Source: a virus. From it: a DNA stretch of 64,000 nt. Positions 56,238 through 64,000 of the stretch are shown one piece after another (within the stretch, counting starts at the first letter, position 1; every line of letters starts with the position of its first letter). The position numbers were made by a program, and so were the translations under genes. The stretch covers positions 32,001 to 96,000 of IMG/VR virus record IMGVR_UViG_3300036884_000495. One strand, given 5' to 3'. The notes beneath the pieces were generated by a model. It saw nothing but the letters and a program-made list of their open reading frames with translations, was not told the DNA's origin and made no database searches.

Positions 56238-58032
56238 CCCTACCTTTTCCTACTTTCGAGACCACGACGTAGCACCGTACGCACCAAGCGACGACCTCGA
56301 TGATACATGGTACGACGAGGAGGTCTGGGCGCCGCCCGGAGGACAGGCAGAAACACCCTTTGCCGAGTCACCACATCGAGAGCTAGACATAGGCGACGTA
56401 CCTATCATCGACCCGTCGCAGTTCACAGAGCGTGCCTTCAGGATGCCACTAGAAGATGGGACAGGCTATGGACCCTTCTCGTTCGAGGGCCGTAACCACC
56501 TTCAGCGCATCTACGATACGCCAGCACGACGCATTTTGCTGTGTTGCGGCAGACAAGTAGAAAAATCGACAATGCTTGGAAATCGCGCAATAGCGTACTG
56601 CGCCCTTGTCACGGCAATGCGCATTCTGTACGTCAGTCCGTCGCAAACGCAGGCGAAGACGTTCAGCAACGACCGTATCAAGGAGCCGATAGAGACAAGC
56701 CCTATCCTGCGCCGGTTCGCCGCGGATATGATCTCGCAGAACCTCCTTGAGAAGCAGTTCGTAAACCGCTCGAAGATCACGCTTCGCTACGCCTTCCTCA
56801 ATGCCGATCGAACTCGAGGAATTCCAGCGCATCAGCTATACATCGACGAGGTACAAGACATCCTTCGTGACAACATCCCTGTCATCGAACAGTGCACCTC
56901 CCACGCCCCTGACAGGTGGAAGGGCTTCGTCTACGCCGGTACCCCGAAGAGCCTAGACAACGTCATAGAGGAGTACCGCGCGAACCAAAGTACGCAGGGG
57001 GAGTGGGTGGTGCCCTGTGGCTGCGGCAACTGGAACATCCTCGGGGAAAAGAACATAGGCAAGAAGGGTCCAATCTGCGCACGCTGCGGTAAAGGTATAG
57101 ACCCACAAGGCCCGCGTTGTGCCTGGGTATGGATGGTCACCCCTGATGCAGAACGCGTACGCGTCCCGTGGGAAAGCTACCGCGTCTCGCAGTTGATGGT
57201 GCCCTGGAAGATCCGCAACTGGAACGAGGTACTTCACGACTACGAGCACTACCCGCGTGCGCAGTTCATGAACGAGTGCTTGGGTATCTCCTACGAAGTA
57301 GGCACACGTCCCATCACCCAGGCGCAGGTTCGAGCACAGTGCATAGAGTATTCGATGTCCGAACTGGATTCGCTGCAGGCGCGGTCCAATGCCGAACCCT
57401 TCTTCGCGGGTATCGACTGGGGTTCCGGCAGCAACAGCTACACGGTGCTCACGCTTGCAACGTACGTGGATAACCGCTTCCGCGTGGTGTACATGCACCG
57501 GTTTGTCGGCGAGGACACAGACCCAGACATACAGATCGCCAAGATCATCGACATCTGTAAGCGCTTCCACGTTGCGCTGATCGGCGCCGACTATGGTTAT
57601 GGCTTCGGCATGAACAGCCGCCTAGTGCGCGAGTTCGGCACCAATAGAGTTCACACCTTCCAGCACATGGCGCGTATCAACAAGCGCGTAGTCTGGGACC
57701 CCAAGATGCTGCGCTGGAAGATTCACCGCACAGAGGTGATGAGCGCCATCTTCGAGGCAATCAAGAAGGGCAAGGCGCAGTTCCCCCGCTGGGAGGAATT
57801 CCAGAAGCCCTTTGCAGAGGACTTCACCAACATCTACAGCGAGTACAACGAGAAGCTTCGTATGATCATGTACGACCACAAGGCGGGGAGTCCCGACGAC
57901 TCCTTCCACTCGTTCATGTTTTGCTGGCTTGCTTCCATGATTATGATACGACGCCCGGACATCATCGCACCCTCTATCGAGATAGATGGCGTGCCCGTTT
58001 CCTCTTATAGTGGAACGACGAACCAAGGGTAG
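56230..58032 (+). CDS. terL: Terminase large subunit
   Basis: Walker A variant GRQVEKST, RTRG, Walker B LYIDEVQD, GTPK, a zinc-ribbon insert, and nuclease GIDWG ... PDDSFH. Confidence 0.9.
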   Translation: MGIPTFSYFRDHDVAPYAPSDDLDDTWYDEEVWAPPGGQAETPFAESPHRELDIGDVPIIDPSQFTERAFRMPLEDGTGYGPFSFEGRNHLQRIYDTPARRILLCCGRQVEKSTMLGNRAIAYCALVTAMRILYVSPSQTQAKTFSNDRIKEPIETSPILRRFAADMISQNLLEKQFVNRSKITLRYAFLNADRTRGIPAHQLYIDEVQDILRDNIPVIEQCTSHAPDRWKGFVYAGTPKSLDNVIEEYRANQSTQGEWVVPCGCGNWNILGEKNIGKKGPICARCGKGIDPQGPRCAWVWMVTPDAERVRVPWESYRVSQLMVPWKIRNWNEVLHDYEHYPRAQFMNECLGISYEVGTRPITQAQVRAQCIEYSMSELDSLQARSNAEPFFAGIDWGSGSNSYTVLTLATYVDNRFRVVYMHRFVGEDTDPDIQIAKIIDICKRFHVALIGADYGYGFGMNSRLVREFGTNRVHTFQHMARINKRVVWDPKMLRWKIHRTEVMSAIFEAIKKGKAQFPRWEEFQKPFAEDFTNIYSEYNEKLRMIMYDHKAGSPDDSFHSFMFCWLASMIMIRRPDIIAPSIEIDGVPVSSYSGTTNQG

Positions 58033-58037
58033 AGCAG

Positions 58038-58739
58038 CTAGCGCACATGACTATTGATCTTTCGAATGACATCGGTCGCCGCCTCCGGGATAACCCGCTG
58101 CGCGTACTCTTCGCCGCGGCTCTGCGTGATGTAGAAGAATGCGGTCTGGCGCAAGGCACGCCGCGCAGCTGCCAACTCCACGTAGGCGTCTTTGATGTCC
58201 TGATCGTGGAGGCGGAGTCCGCAGTTCTTGTACATCTCTTCCGCGAGGGTCAGGAAGGGAGCCCATGGCTCGGGGTTATCGGTGTAGAGTTCCACCAGAT
58301 GGAGCGTCTCTTCCTGCACGCCGAAAAAGAGGGCGCACCAATCGAGAACAGCGAGAACTTCGGTGGGTGGTTTCTTCGCCGCGTAGCAGGCGCGTTCAAC
58401 CAACGCTACGATTTCCGCTTCGTCGTTGCTGATGACGGGGGGCCGCAGAAGCAACACCCGCTCCAGGCGATCAAGACGGCGCTCAAGGCCTGCGCGGATG
58501 TATCGTTCGGCGAGCAGCGCCCTGTGCAACTGAGGAACCGTGACCGGCTCTTCGCGTGACTTCGCGAATGCGTGGACTTCGGCGGCGTATAGCCTCGAGT
58601 GAAAACCACGGTCAGCAACACGGCATAGTGTCCCAGCGCGCATCCATTGCTGTATGCGACGGCAGGTAGTCCCTAGAATCTTAGCGGCTTCTGCTACTGT
58701 GATGAGCGCACCGTTCGTTCCTATGTTTTCTGCGGGCAT
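58038..58739 (-). CDS. Helix-turn-helix (excisionase/MerR-like) DNA-binding protein
   Basis: LITVAEAAKILGTTCRRIQQWMRAGTL followed by a coiled coil. Likely start ATG 58739. Confidence 0.75.
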   Translation of the reverse strand: MPAENIGTNGALITVAEAAKILGTTCRRIQQWMRAGTLCRVADRGFHSRLYAAEVHAFAKSREEPVTVPQLHRALLAERYIRAGLERRLDRLERVLLLRPPVISNDEAEIVALVERACYAAKKPPTEVLAVLDWCALFFGVQEETLHLVELYTDNPEPWAPFLTLAEEMYKNCGLRLHDQDIKDAYVELAAARRALRQTAFFYITQSRGEEYAQRVIPEAATDVIRKINSHVR

Positions 58740-58760
58740 GATATTCCTATTGTATAAGCC

Positions 58761-59732
58761 ATGAGCGAGTACGACCTCCCAGCACAAACGTTTTTACAGC
58801 AGTCATCCGCTCGCGCCGTCAGCGGCGAGGAGCTTGAAACGTTCGGTAAACACGCTGCCGACTTGTACGGAGCGGGCACTAGCCCCACGCTCAATGAGGC
58901 GGTTGTAGAAACCATCAAGAGCGCAGGCCTCGCGCCCGAACAAGTTCGTCGCGTTGTGGAGTTTGCTAACACCCACGCGTTCATAACAGAGTTCAAGAAG
59001 GAGGGCACGGCGAACAAGTACGTTGTGTTCGACGGCGGCCCTGCAGAAGTCAACTCCGTCCTCCAAGACCTCAATGACGGCGGTGGCGGAACGGTCTTCG
59101 ACCGCGGCACGCTGGACTACTCCCATACACCGAAGGTGAAGACGGCCTCTGTAGGGGGCATGAACAAGACAGCCTCTGCGCATAACGCGGCGGACGATGT
59201 GCTCGCACAAGCCTTCGCAGTCGACCAGCAGGCTTCGCCCCTCCCCTTCGCCAACCCGCTCGGCGACGTGCAGGACATGCGCGACAAGCTTGCAGGCGTG
59301 CGCGATGCGCTGACCTCTGAGATCGGTGCGCTCGAAGTGGACTTGCTCTCCGTGTCCGAGGACATGTACCAGCAGGTGAAGCAGGCTGCTCTTGGGGGTA
59401 CGTCTCTCGGGTCCATCCTGCAGGCGTGGCACCAAGCAATGGAGCCCGCTCCCGAGTTGGTGAAAGCTGCCTTCGCTTTTCTTAGCCCTCGATTGCAGCA
59501 CGATGTCTTCCACTCTTGGGATGCGCTCGGCGCTTCTATCGAGAAGACAGCCGGCGTGAACTTGATGGTCAACGATAAGCACCCACTCATCGTCTCCTTT
59601 GACGTGTACAGCGACATGGTGACGAAGCTCGCACACTTGCGTGCCTCGCAACAGGAAGCGCTGGAAGGAATCGAGCAACTCCTTACCTTCGAACGCGACG
59701 TTCAGAAGCATTACGGCGAGGCAGTCCGATGA
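58761..59732 (+). CDS. Putative prohead core/scaffold-type protein rich in K-x-A motifs
   Basis: 323 aa, coiled coil, containing IKSAG, VKTAS, NKTAS, DKLAG, VKQAA, EKTAG and TKLAH. Upstream of the protease. Confidence 0.65.
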   Translation: MSEYDLPAQTFLQQSSARAVSGEELETFGKHAADLYGAGTSPTLNEAVVETIKSAGLAPEQVRRVVEFANTHAFITEFKKEGTANKYVVFDGGPAEVNSVLQDLNDGGGGTVFDRGTLDYSHTPKVKTASVGGMNKTASAHNAADDVLAQAFAVDQQASPLPFANPLGDVQDMRDKLAGVRDALTSEIGALEVDLLSVSEDMYQQVKQAALGGTSLGSILQAWHQAMEPAPELVKAAFAFLSPRLQHDVFHSWDALGASIEKTAGVNLMVNDKHPLIVSFDVYSDMVTKLAHLRASQQEALEGIEQLLTFERDVQKHYGEAVR

Positions 59733-60271
59733 ATCCAATCGATGCGTACTTGATGACGAAGCAGGCAGACGAGGGTGGTTGGAAAGCCGGCCTTCGCAAT
59801 GCTGCCCTCACTACCGGCGCAGGCCTGGCTCTTATCGGAGCCCCCGTGGCGGCGCACGCAATCTACAACGCCGCTGCCAAGTCCTCGCGCTTCAACAACA
59901 TGATGGCGCAGAACGAGGACCTGCAGGCCTTGCATGACCAGGACCCGAAGAAGTTCCAGTCGATGTACACCTCCCTGCACAACGTGGCCCCCGACTATGC
60001 GGCCGACCCGTACATCGCTGGCGCGCACATGCGCAAGATGGTGGCCTCGCCCAATACTGCGGGCTTGATGCTTGCAGAGGCGCGCGCTGGTGCCATGAAG
60101 CAGCCAGAACAAAACGCCCTTGTGAAGGCAATGCAAGGCATGGCGCCTGGTGTGGCAAAGGGCTTTGTGGACACAGCGATGCACACGCCCGACCCGCCCG
60201 ACCCGCAGGCAGCGGCGGAAGACAAGTTGCGGGGACTTAAACCGCAATACGACATTAATAAGTACCAATGA
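59729..60271 (+). CDS. Small Ala-rich head-operon protein
   Basis: ATGA-coupled on both sides. MTKQA is followed by a hydrophobic Gly/Ala helix. Confidence 0.65.
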   Translation: MNPIDAYLMTKQADEGGWKAGLRNAALTTGAGLALIGAPVAAHAIYNAAAKSSRFNNMMAQNEDLQALHDQDPKKFQSMYTSLHNVAPDYAADPYIAGAHMRKMVASPNTAGLMLAEARAGAMKQPEQNALVKAMQGMAPGVAKGFVDTAMHTPDPPDPQAAAEDKLRGLKPQYDINKYQ

Positions 60272-63078
60272 TCAAGGTCAGTACCTTCCTTCGACAGAAT
60301 GAGCTTGGGTATACGGCGATACCGCTCTTCGGGTCGAGGGCTTCCGACCGCGAGTTCGAGAAGACAGCGGGCGCACTCCAGCAGCCAGTAGCCACGTACA
60401 TTGCGAACCTGCGGCCTAAGCAAGGCGCGCAGTACGTACTCGTGAATGCACTCGGAGCCAGCGAGTACTTCGGCTCGAACATAAATGGAGATGCATTTCC
60501 CGAGGCGGGTTTGATCCACAAGCCGCCGGGATGGACTGACAACCCTGTTGTAGATCGCGCCCTCGCAGCAGACTGGGCATACGGCTTTCCCTCGTTCTAC
60601 AACGCACACCCATTTGCCCATCACCGCAACAAGGATGCAAGCAGGGCGTACGGGGAGGTAGAACTCGCGCTCTGGAACGACCCTATGAAACGGGTCGAGC
60701 TTGTTGTGCGCGTGGACTACGACAAGTGCCTGCAGTACGGCGGCACTCCTGTCTGGGACAAGCTACAGGCTGGCCAGTTTGCCGACGTCAGCATGGGCTG
60801 TTTGCCTGCCGGTTCCTTGGTCACAAGAGCAGACGGCACTCAATGCTCTATAGAAGACATACAACAGGGTGAGCACGTACTTACACACCTAGGGCGAAGT
60901 CAGCGTGTTGTGGATACCATGAAGTACCACCATGCCGGGAGCATCTTTCGTGTAAAGGCATACGGCTTTCGTCGGGAGCTAGTACTGACTGGGAATCACC
61001 CCCTGTGGTTGGTTAGTGGCGATCAACTGGCGTGCACGCCGGTGTCTACTTCTTCGCGCCCGTGGCGTACAAAGAAGCGCGCACCTAAGCAGCGCCACTG
61101 CACACCATTCGTAAAAGAGAATAGTAGTGGGTGTAGTAAATGCAGTACCGTGCCCGACTACACTTTCGCCTGGCGTCGGACAGATGAAGCCTGCGTAGGG
61201 GACTACTTAGCTTTTCCGGTACCTGCCGGACAGGACGACACGTTACAGTCGGTAGATCTTGCGCGCTTCTTGGGTTACTACTTGGCAGAAGGCAGCGTCG
61301 GTAACTACAATGCCCGCCCGTTAGAGCAGATTAACTTCTCACTGAACTTCAACGAGAAAGAGATAGCTGACGACATAGAGGCTATGGCGCGTCGGCTTGG
61401 GAGCACCGTGTGCTGGCACTCTGTACGACCAGAAGCGGGGTCTCGTACAGTTAGTGTGGTCTCGAAGAAGCTCGCAACAATGTGCCTGCAGTGGTGCGGT
61501 GCGGGCGCCGTAACAAAGCAGCTGTCGAGAGAAGTACTATTTGCGCCCACCAGTACGCTGCTACCGCTTCTAGGCGCCTACCTAAACGGGGATGGCGGAA
61601 CGTACGAAGGCTCCGCGTACTTCTCCACGTCATCCGAGCAGTTATCCAATCAGCTGTTTATTGCGCTTGCTCGGTGCGGCATCATTGCCTCCGTAAATAA
61701 AATAGATCACCACCCTTCTGAGAAGTCCCTCGTCCGCCACGATACTGTCGAATACCAAGTGTGGGTAGGTACGGACTTTTCGTGGATGCTGGGTCCGCAC
61801 ACGCTGAAGCCGGTTAGGCGCTCCTTGAAGCACCGAGGACAGCGCTTCTTCTACGTGAAAGATGGCGTGACGTATCTCATGTCCCCCATCATGGAGATCA
61901 GCGAAGACGCCTACTGTGCCGACGTGTTCAACTTCTCTGTAGAAGAAGAAGAGAGCTACGTAGCGGAGGGCCTGGCCGTACACAACTCAAAGGTCCCGTT
62001 CGATACCTCGTCCATCACACTGGATTGGGACGCGTACAACAAGGCGAAGGCCACCTACGATCCCAAGAGACACAAGAGTCCCGGTCAGGCCATCCTCGAA
62101 GTGCACAAGAAGACACCCATCAAGGGGGTCTCCATTACTCGGGATGACTACGACGAGTACTGCCTGAAGTACATGAACCGCATCTTGCCCGACGGGCGCA
62201 AGGTGTTCGTGTACAACGACTACCCGCGCTTCTTCGACATCTCCTTTGTGTTCATTGGGGCCGACCGTACCGCGAAGGTGATGGTCTACATCGCACGGAG
62301 CGGCTCTATTGAAAGCGAGCCTAGTACAAAGGTAGCTGCGGCCCTCGGGTACACCGAGGACGTGTTCGAGAAAGCCGCCAGCGTAAAGGACGCCAAGGAC
62401 AAGAGTGCGGAGATGGACAAGGAAGTCCTCCCCGTACCAGAAGCTGCCAAGGCAATCCCGCTGATGACGAAGAACGAACAAGACCTGCCGAGGGACATGC
62501 TCAATGCGCTGTCAGCGGTGCCGCTTGCCAATGCGCTCAGTACTGTGAGTGGCCTGGGCATGGTTCTACGCCCACGCGAGTTCCAGCGAATCATCCTTGT
62601 GCAATCCGGTAACGCGCCCATGGCGGACGCCCTAGAGAACAAAGGCGTCACGTTTCCGCAAGTGGGTGAGTCTGCACCATGCCCAATGTCGCCTGACTCC
62701 TTCATGCCAGCACTCGCGCGTTTGCTCATGCCGATGTTCGAACAACGAACAGCACTCGCACCCGCAGTAGAACGACGAGTGACCGTCATCTGCGCCAGTC
62801 CAGAAGAAGATGTGAAGCCCCCTTCTTCCCATAGCTCGGACCTACTCCGTAAGATCGGTGCAGCTTACAACGGGTACAGGGACAAGGTCTTGGACATCGC
62901 ACCACACTGCCAGAACCTACTTCAGAAGACAGCAACCGCACGAGACTATGATCTGGTGAAGGTTGCTGCCGCTGATCCCAGCGACACGTTCACACCCCTC
63001 TCGTACTGTTACCTGCGCGACGCCTTCAAGAACGAGATCGTTTGCGAAGATATCGGGCAGGGTGCTACAACTAACTGA
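60268..63078 (+). CDS. Prohead (maturation) protease precursor with intein (about 540 aa mature)
   Basis: NINGDAFP, FAHHRN, YGEV, DVSMG|S and FFDISFV..GAD.TA match the HK97/S78-like protease pattern, with a K-x-A-rich C-terminal part. Confidence 0.8.
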   Translation: MIKVSTFLRQNELGYTAIPLFGSRASDREFEKTAGALQQPVATYIANLRPKQGAQYVLVNALGASEYFGSNINGDAFPEAGLIHKPPGWTDNPVVDRALAADWAYGFPSFYNAHPFAHHRNKDASRAYGEVELALWNDPMKRVELVVRVDYDKCLQYGGTPVWDKLQAGQFADVSMGCLPAGSLVTRADGTQCSIEDIQQGEHVLTHLGRSQRVVDTMKYHHAGSIFRVKAYGFRRELVLTGNHPLWLVSGDQLACTPVSTSSRPWRTKKRAPKQRHCTPFVKENSSGCSKCSTVPDYTFAWRRTDEACVGDYLAFPVPAGQDDTLQSVDLARFLGYYLAEGSVGNYNARPLEQINFSLNFNEKEIADDIEAMARRLGSTVCWHSVRPEAGSRTVSVVSKKLATMCLQWCGAGAVTKQLSREVLFAPTSTLLPLLGAYLNGDGGTYEGSAYFSTSSEQLSNQLFIALARCGIIASVNKIDHHPSEKSLVRHDTVEYQVWVGTDFSWMLGPHTLKPVRRSLKHRGQRFFYVKDGVTYLMSPIMEISEDAYCADVFNFSVEEEESYVAEGLAVHNSKVPFDTSSITLDWDAYNKAKATYDPKRHKSPGQAILEVHKKTPIKGVSITRDDYDEYCLKYMNRILPDGRKVFVYNDYPRFFDISFVFIGADRTAKVMVYIARSGSIESEPSTKVAAALGYTEDVFEKAASVKDAKDKSAEMDKEVLPVPEAAKAIPLMTKNEQDLPRDMLNALSAVPLANALSTVSGLGMVLRPREFQRIILVQSGNAPMADALENKGVTFPQVGESAPCPMSPDSFMPALARLLMPMFEQRTALAPAVERRVTVICASPEEDVKPPSSHSSDLLRKIGAAYNGYRDKVLDIAPHCQNLLQKTATARDYDLVKVAAADPSDTFTPLSYCYLRDAFKNEIVCEDIGQGATTN
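60799..61986 (+). mobile_element. Intein in prohead protease (396 aa, LAGLIDADG)
   Basis: VSMG|CLPAGSLV...TGNHP...FLGYYLAEG...LGAYLNGDG...LAVHN|S. Confidence 0.93.
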
Positions 63079-63160
63079 TCGGCACACGCCAGCGTGGAGA
63101 AGGGTGCTCCCCTTCAAGGAACACGTACTCTGACCCTCGACTCACATGGAGACCAATACA

Positions 63161-63937
63161 ATGTCAGGAATGAATCCCACGCTCGCAGCGATGTACAACA
63201 CGCACAACTACGGCAGCGCTGTTCACCAGGAACAAGTGAAGATCGCGCACCTCGAACTCTTTGCGAAGTCGGCCGCTGCGCTGAACATCGACCTGGGCTC
63301 GCTCGACCAAGCAAGCCGCGAAGCTCTCTATGGGGAGTTCCGCAACAAGCTTGCGGAAGAGGGCGGCGAGCCCCCGGAAGCTCTCGAAGCCGAGGGTGAG
63401 GAAGAAGAAGCCGCGGGCGAGGCGGAGAAGGAAGAAGGCGAAGAGAAGGTCGAGAAGGCTGAGGAAGAAGAGAAGAAAGAAGCTCAAGCCCAATTCGCCG
63501 CCATGAAAGACTGGCAGTCGAAGGTCGCCGAAGCTGACTTCCTCGGACGCCAAATGGCCCACGCCTTCACCGACGAGCGCAACAAGATTGCGGCGGCCAC
63601 CAAGGTGGGCGGCAGGACCAAGCGCGCCTCTGAAGAAGAGATCAAGAAGGACGAGGAAGAGATCAAGAAGGACGAGGAAGAGATCAAGAAGGACGAGGAG
63701 AAGAAAGAGGCTGCGGCCTTCGACCTCCAAGCCGCTCGTCTCGCCGTCAAGACCGCGAGCGCCGGTGGCTGGAACGAGCAGCAAGCTGCTCAACGCCTCG
63801 AGGCTCTCTTCACGCTCGGACTCTTGCCCGCAATGTCCAAGACGGCGTCAGCCACGACGTACCCGCAAGCCTTGAACATCCGCGCACTCGAACTGCTCGA
63901 AGCCGCCTCGTATCCCATCGACTGGTCGAAGGTCTGA
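63161..63937 (+). CDS. Acidic scaffold-like head protein
   Basis: GGAG RBS favours ATG 63161. E/K-rich tracts, many K-x-A motifs and AHAFTDERNKIAA. Follows the protease. Confidence 0.7.
   Translation: MSGMNPTLAAMYNTHNYGSAVHQEQVKIAHLELFAKSAAALNIDLGSLDQASREALYGEFRNKLAEEGGEPPEALEAEGEEEEAAGEAEKEEGEEKVEKAEEEEKKEAQAQFAAMKDWQSKVAEADFLGRQMAHAFTDERNKIAAATKVGGRTKRASEEEIKKDEEEIKKDEEEIKKDEEKKEAAAFDLQAARLAVKTASAGGWNEQQAAQRLEALFTLGLLPAMSKTASATTYPQALNIRALELLEAASYPIDWSKV
63635..63697 (+). repeat. Three perfect 21-bp tandem repeats (EEIKKDE)
   Basis: GAAGAGATCAAGAAGGACGAG x3. Confidence 0.95.
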
Positions 63938-63944
63938 GGACAAC

Positions 63945-64000
63945 ATGGCACAGGGATTTCGTAAGCGCGCAGATGCTATCGGCTCTGGAACACCAGACGC
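63945..64000 (+). CDS. Start of the next head-operon gene (truncated)
   Basis: GAGGACAAC-ATG, translating to MAQGFRKRADAIGSGTPD and open to the window end. Confidence 0.5.
   Translation, partial: MAQGFRKRADAIGSGTPD

Noticed and set aside
58038-58739. Excisionase implying a prophage boundary
   Set aside because: No integrase, att-like repeat or host genes are present. An HTH of this class with a long C-terminal domain fits a regulator better.
48502-59738. Long minus-strand ORFs (48502-49395, 52396-53346, 58803-59738)
   Set aside because: They lie fully antisense to well-supported genes and have shadow-like composition.
63635-63697. 21-bp repeats as a regulatory or iteron array
   Set aside because: They are in-frame coding repeats within an E/K-rich low-complexity tract.
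1-64000. Stop-codon reassignment (alternative genetic code)
   Set aside because: Genes tile densely under code 11, and TAG, TGA and TAA all end genes at coupled junctions.

Overview
The window is a 64-kb internal segment of a large, GC-rich, lytic-type tailed (probably contractile-tail, jumbo-class) bacteriophage read with genetic code 11. No rRNA, tRNA, CRISPR array, integrase or cellular housekeeping context was seen. The plus strand carries virion genes: baseplate/tail-fibre proteins (1-8.4 kb), head-associated proteins, a portal with three inteins, a SNF2 helicase, a baseplate spike, the large terminase, a prohead protease with an intein and a scaffold-like protein. It also carries a 2877-aa single-chain beta/beta' RNA polymerase with two inteins. 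The minus strand carries a replication/recombination operon (PolA-family polymerase, primase, DnaB, RecA, Cas4-like nuclease, RusA, UDG, HU, SF2 helicase) and a MoxR-AAA/vWA-peptidase module. The most notable observations are: (1) a minimised, fused RNAP; (2) a K-x-A/'F-x-D-E-x-x-K-I' motif system shared by head proteins and by two enzymes (GNAT-pyrophosphatase, SNF2 helicase), suggesting a capsid-targeting and proteolytic-release code for packaged cargo; (3) an unannotated -1 frameshift site (G GGA AAA plus hairpins) on a non-tail-chaperone gene; (4) a recurring GGCATAA motif heading the minus-strand operons; (5) six inteins confined to portal, protease and RNAP. All calls come from reading motifs by eye; no database search was run.
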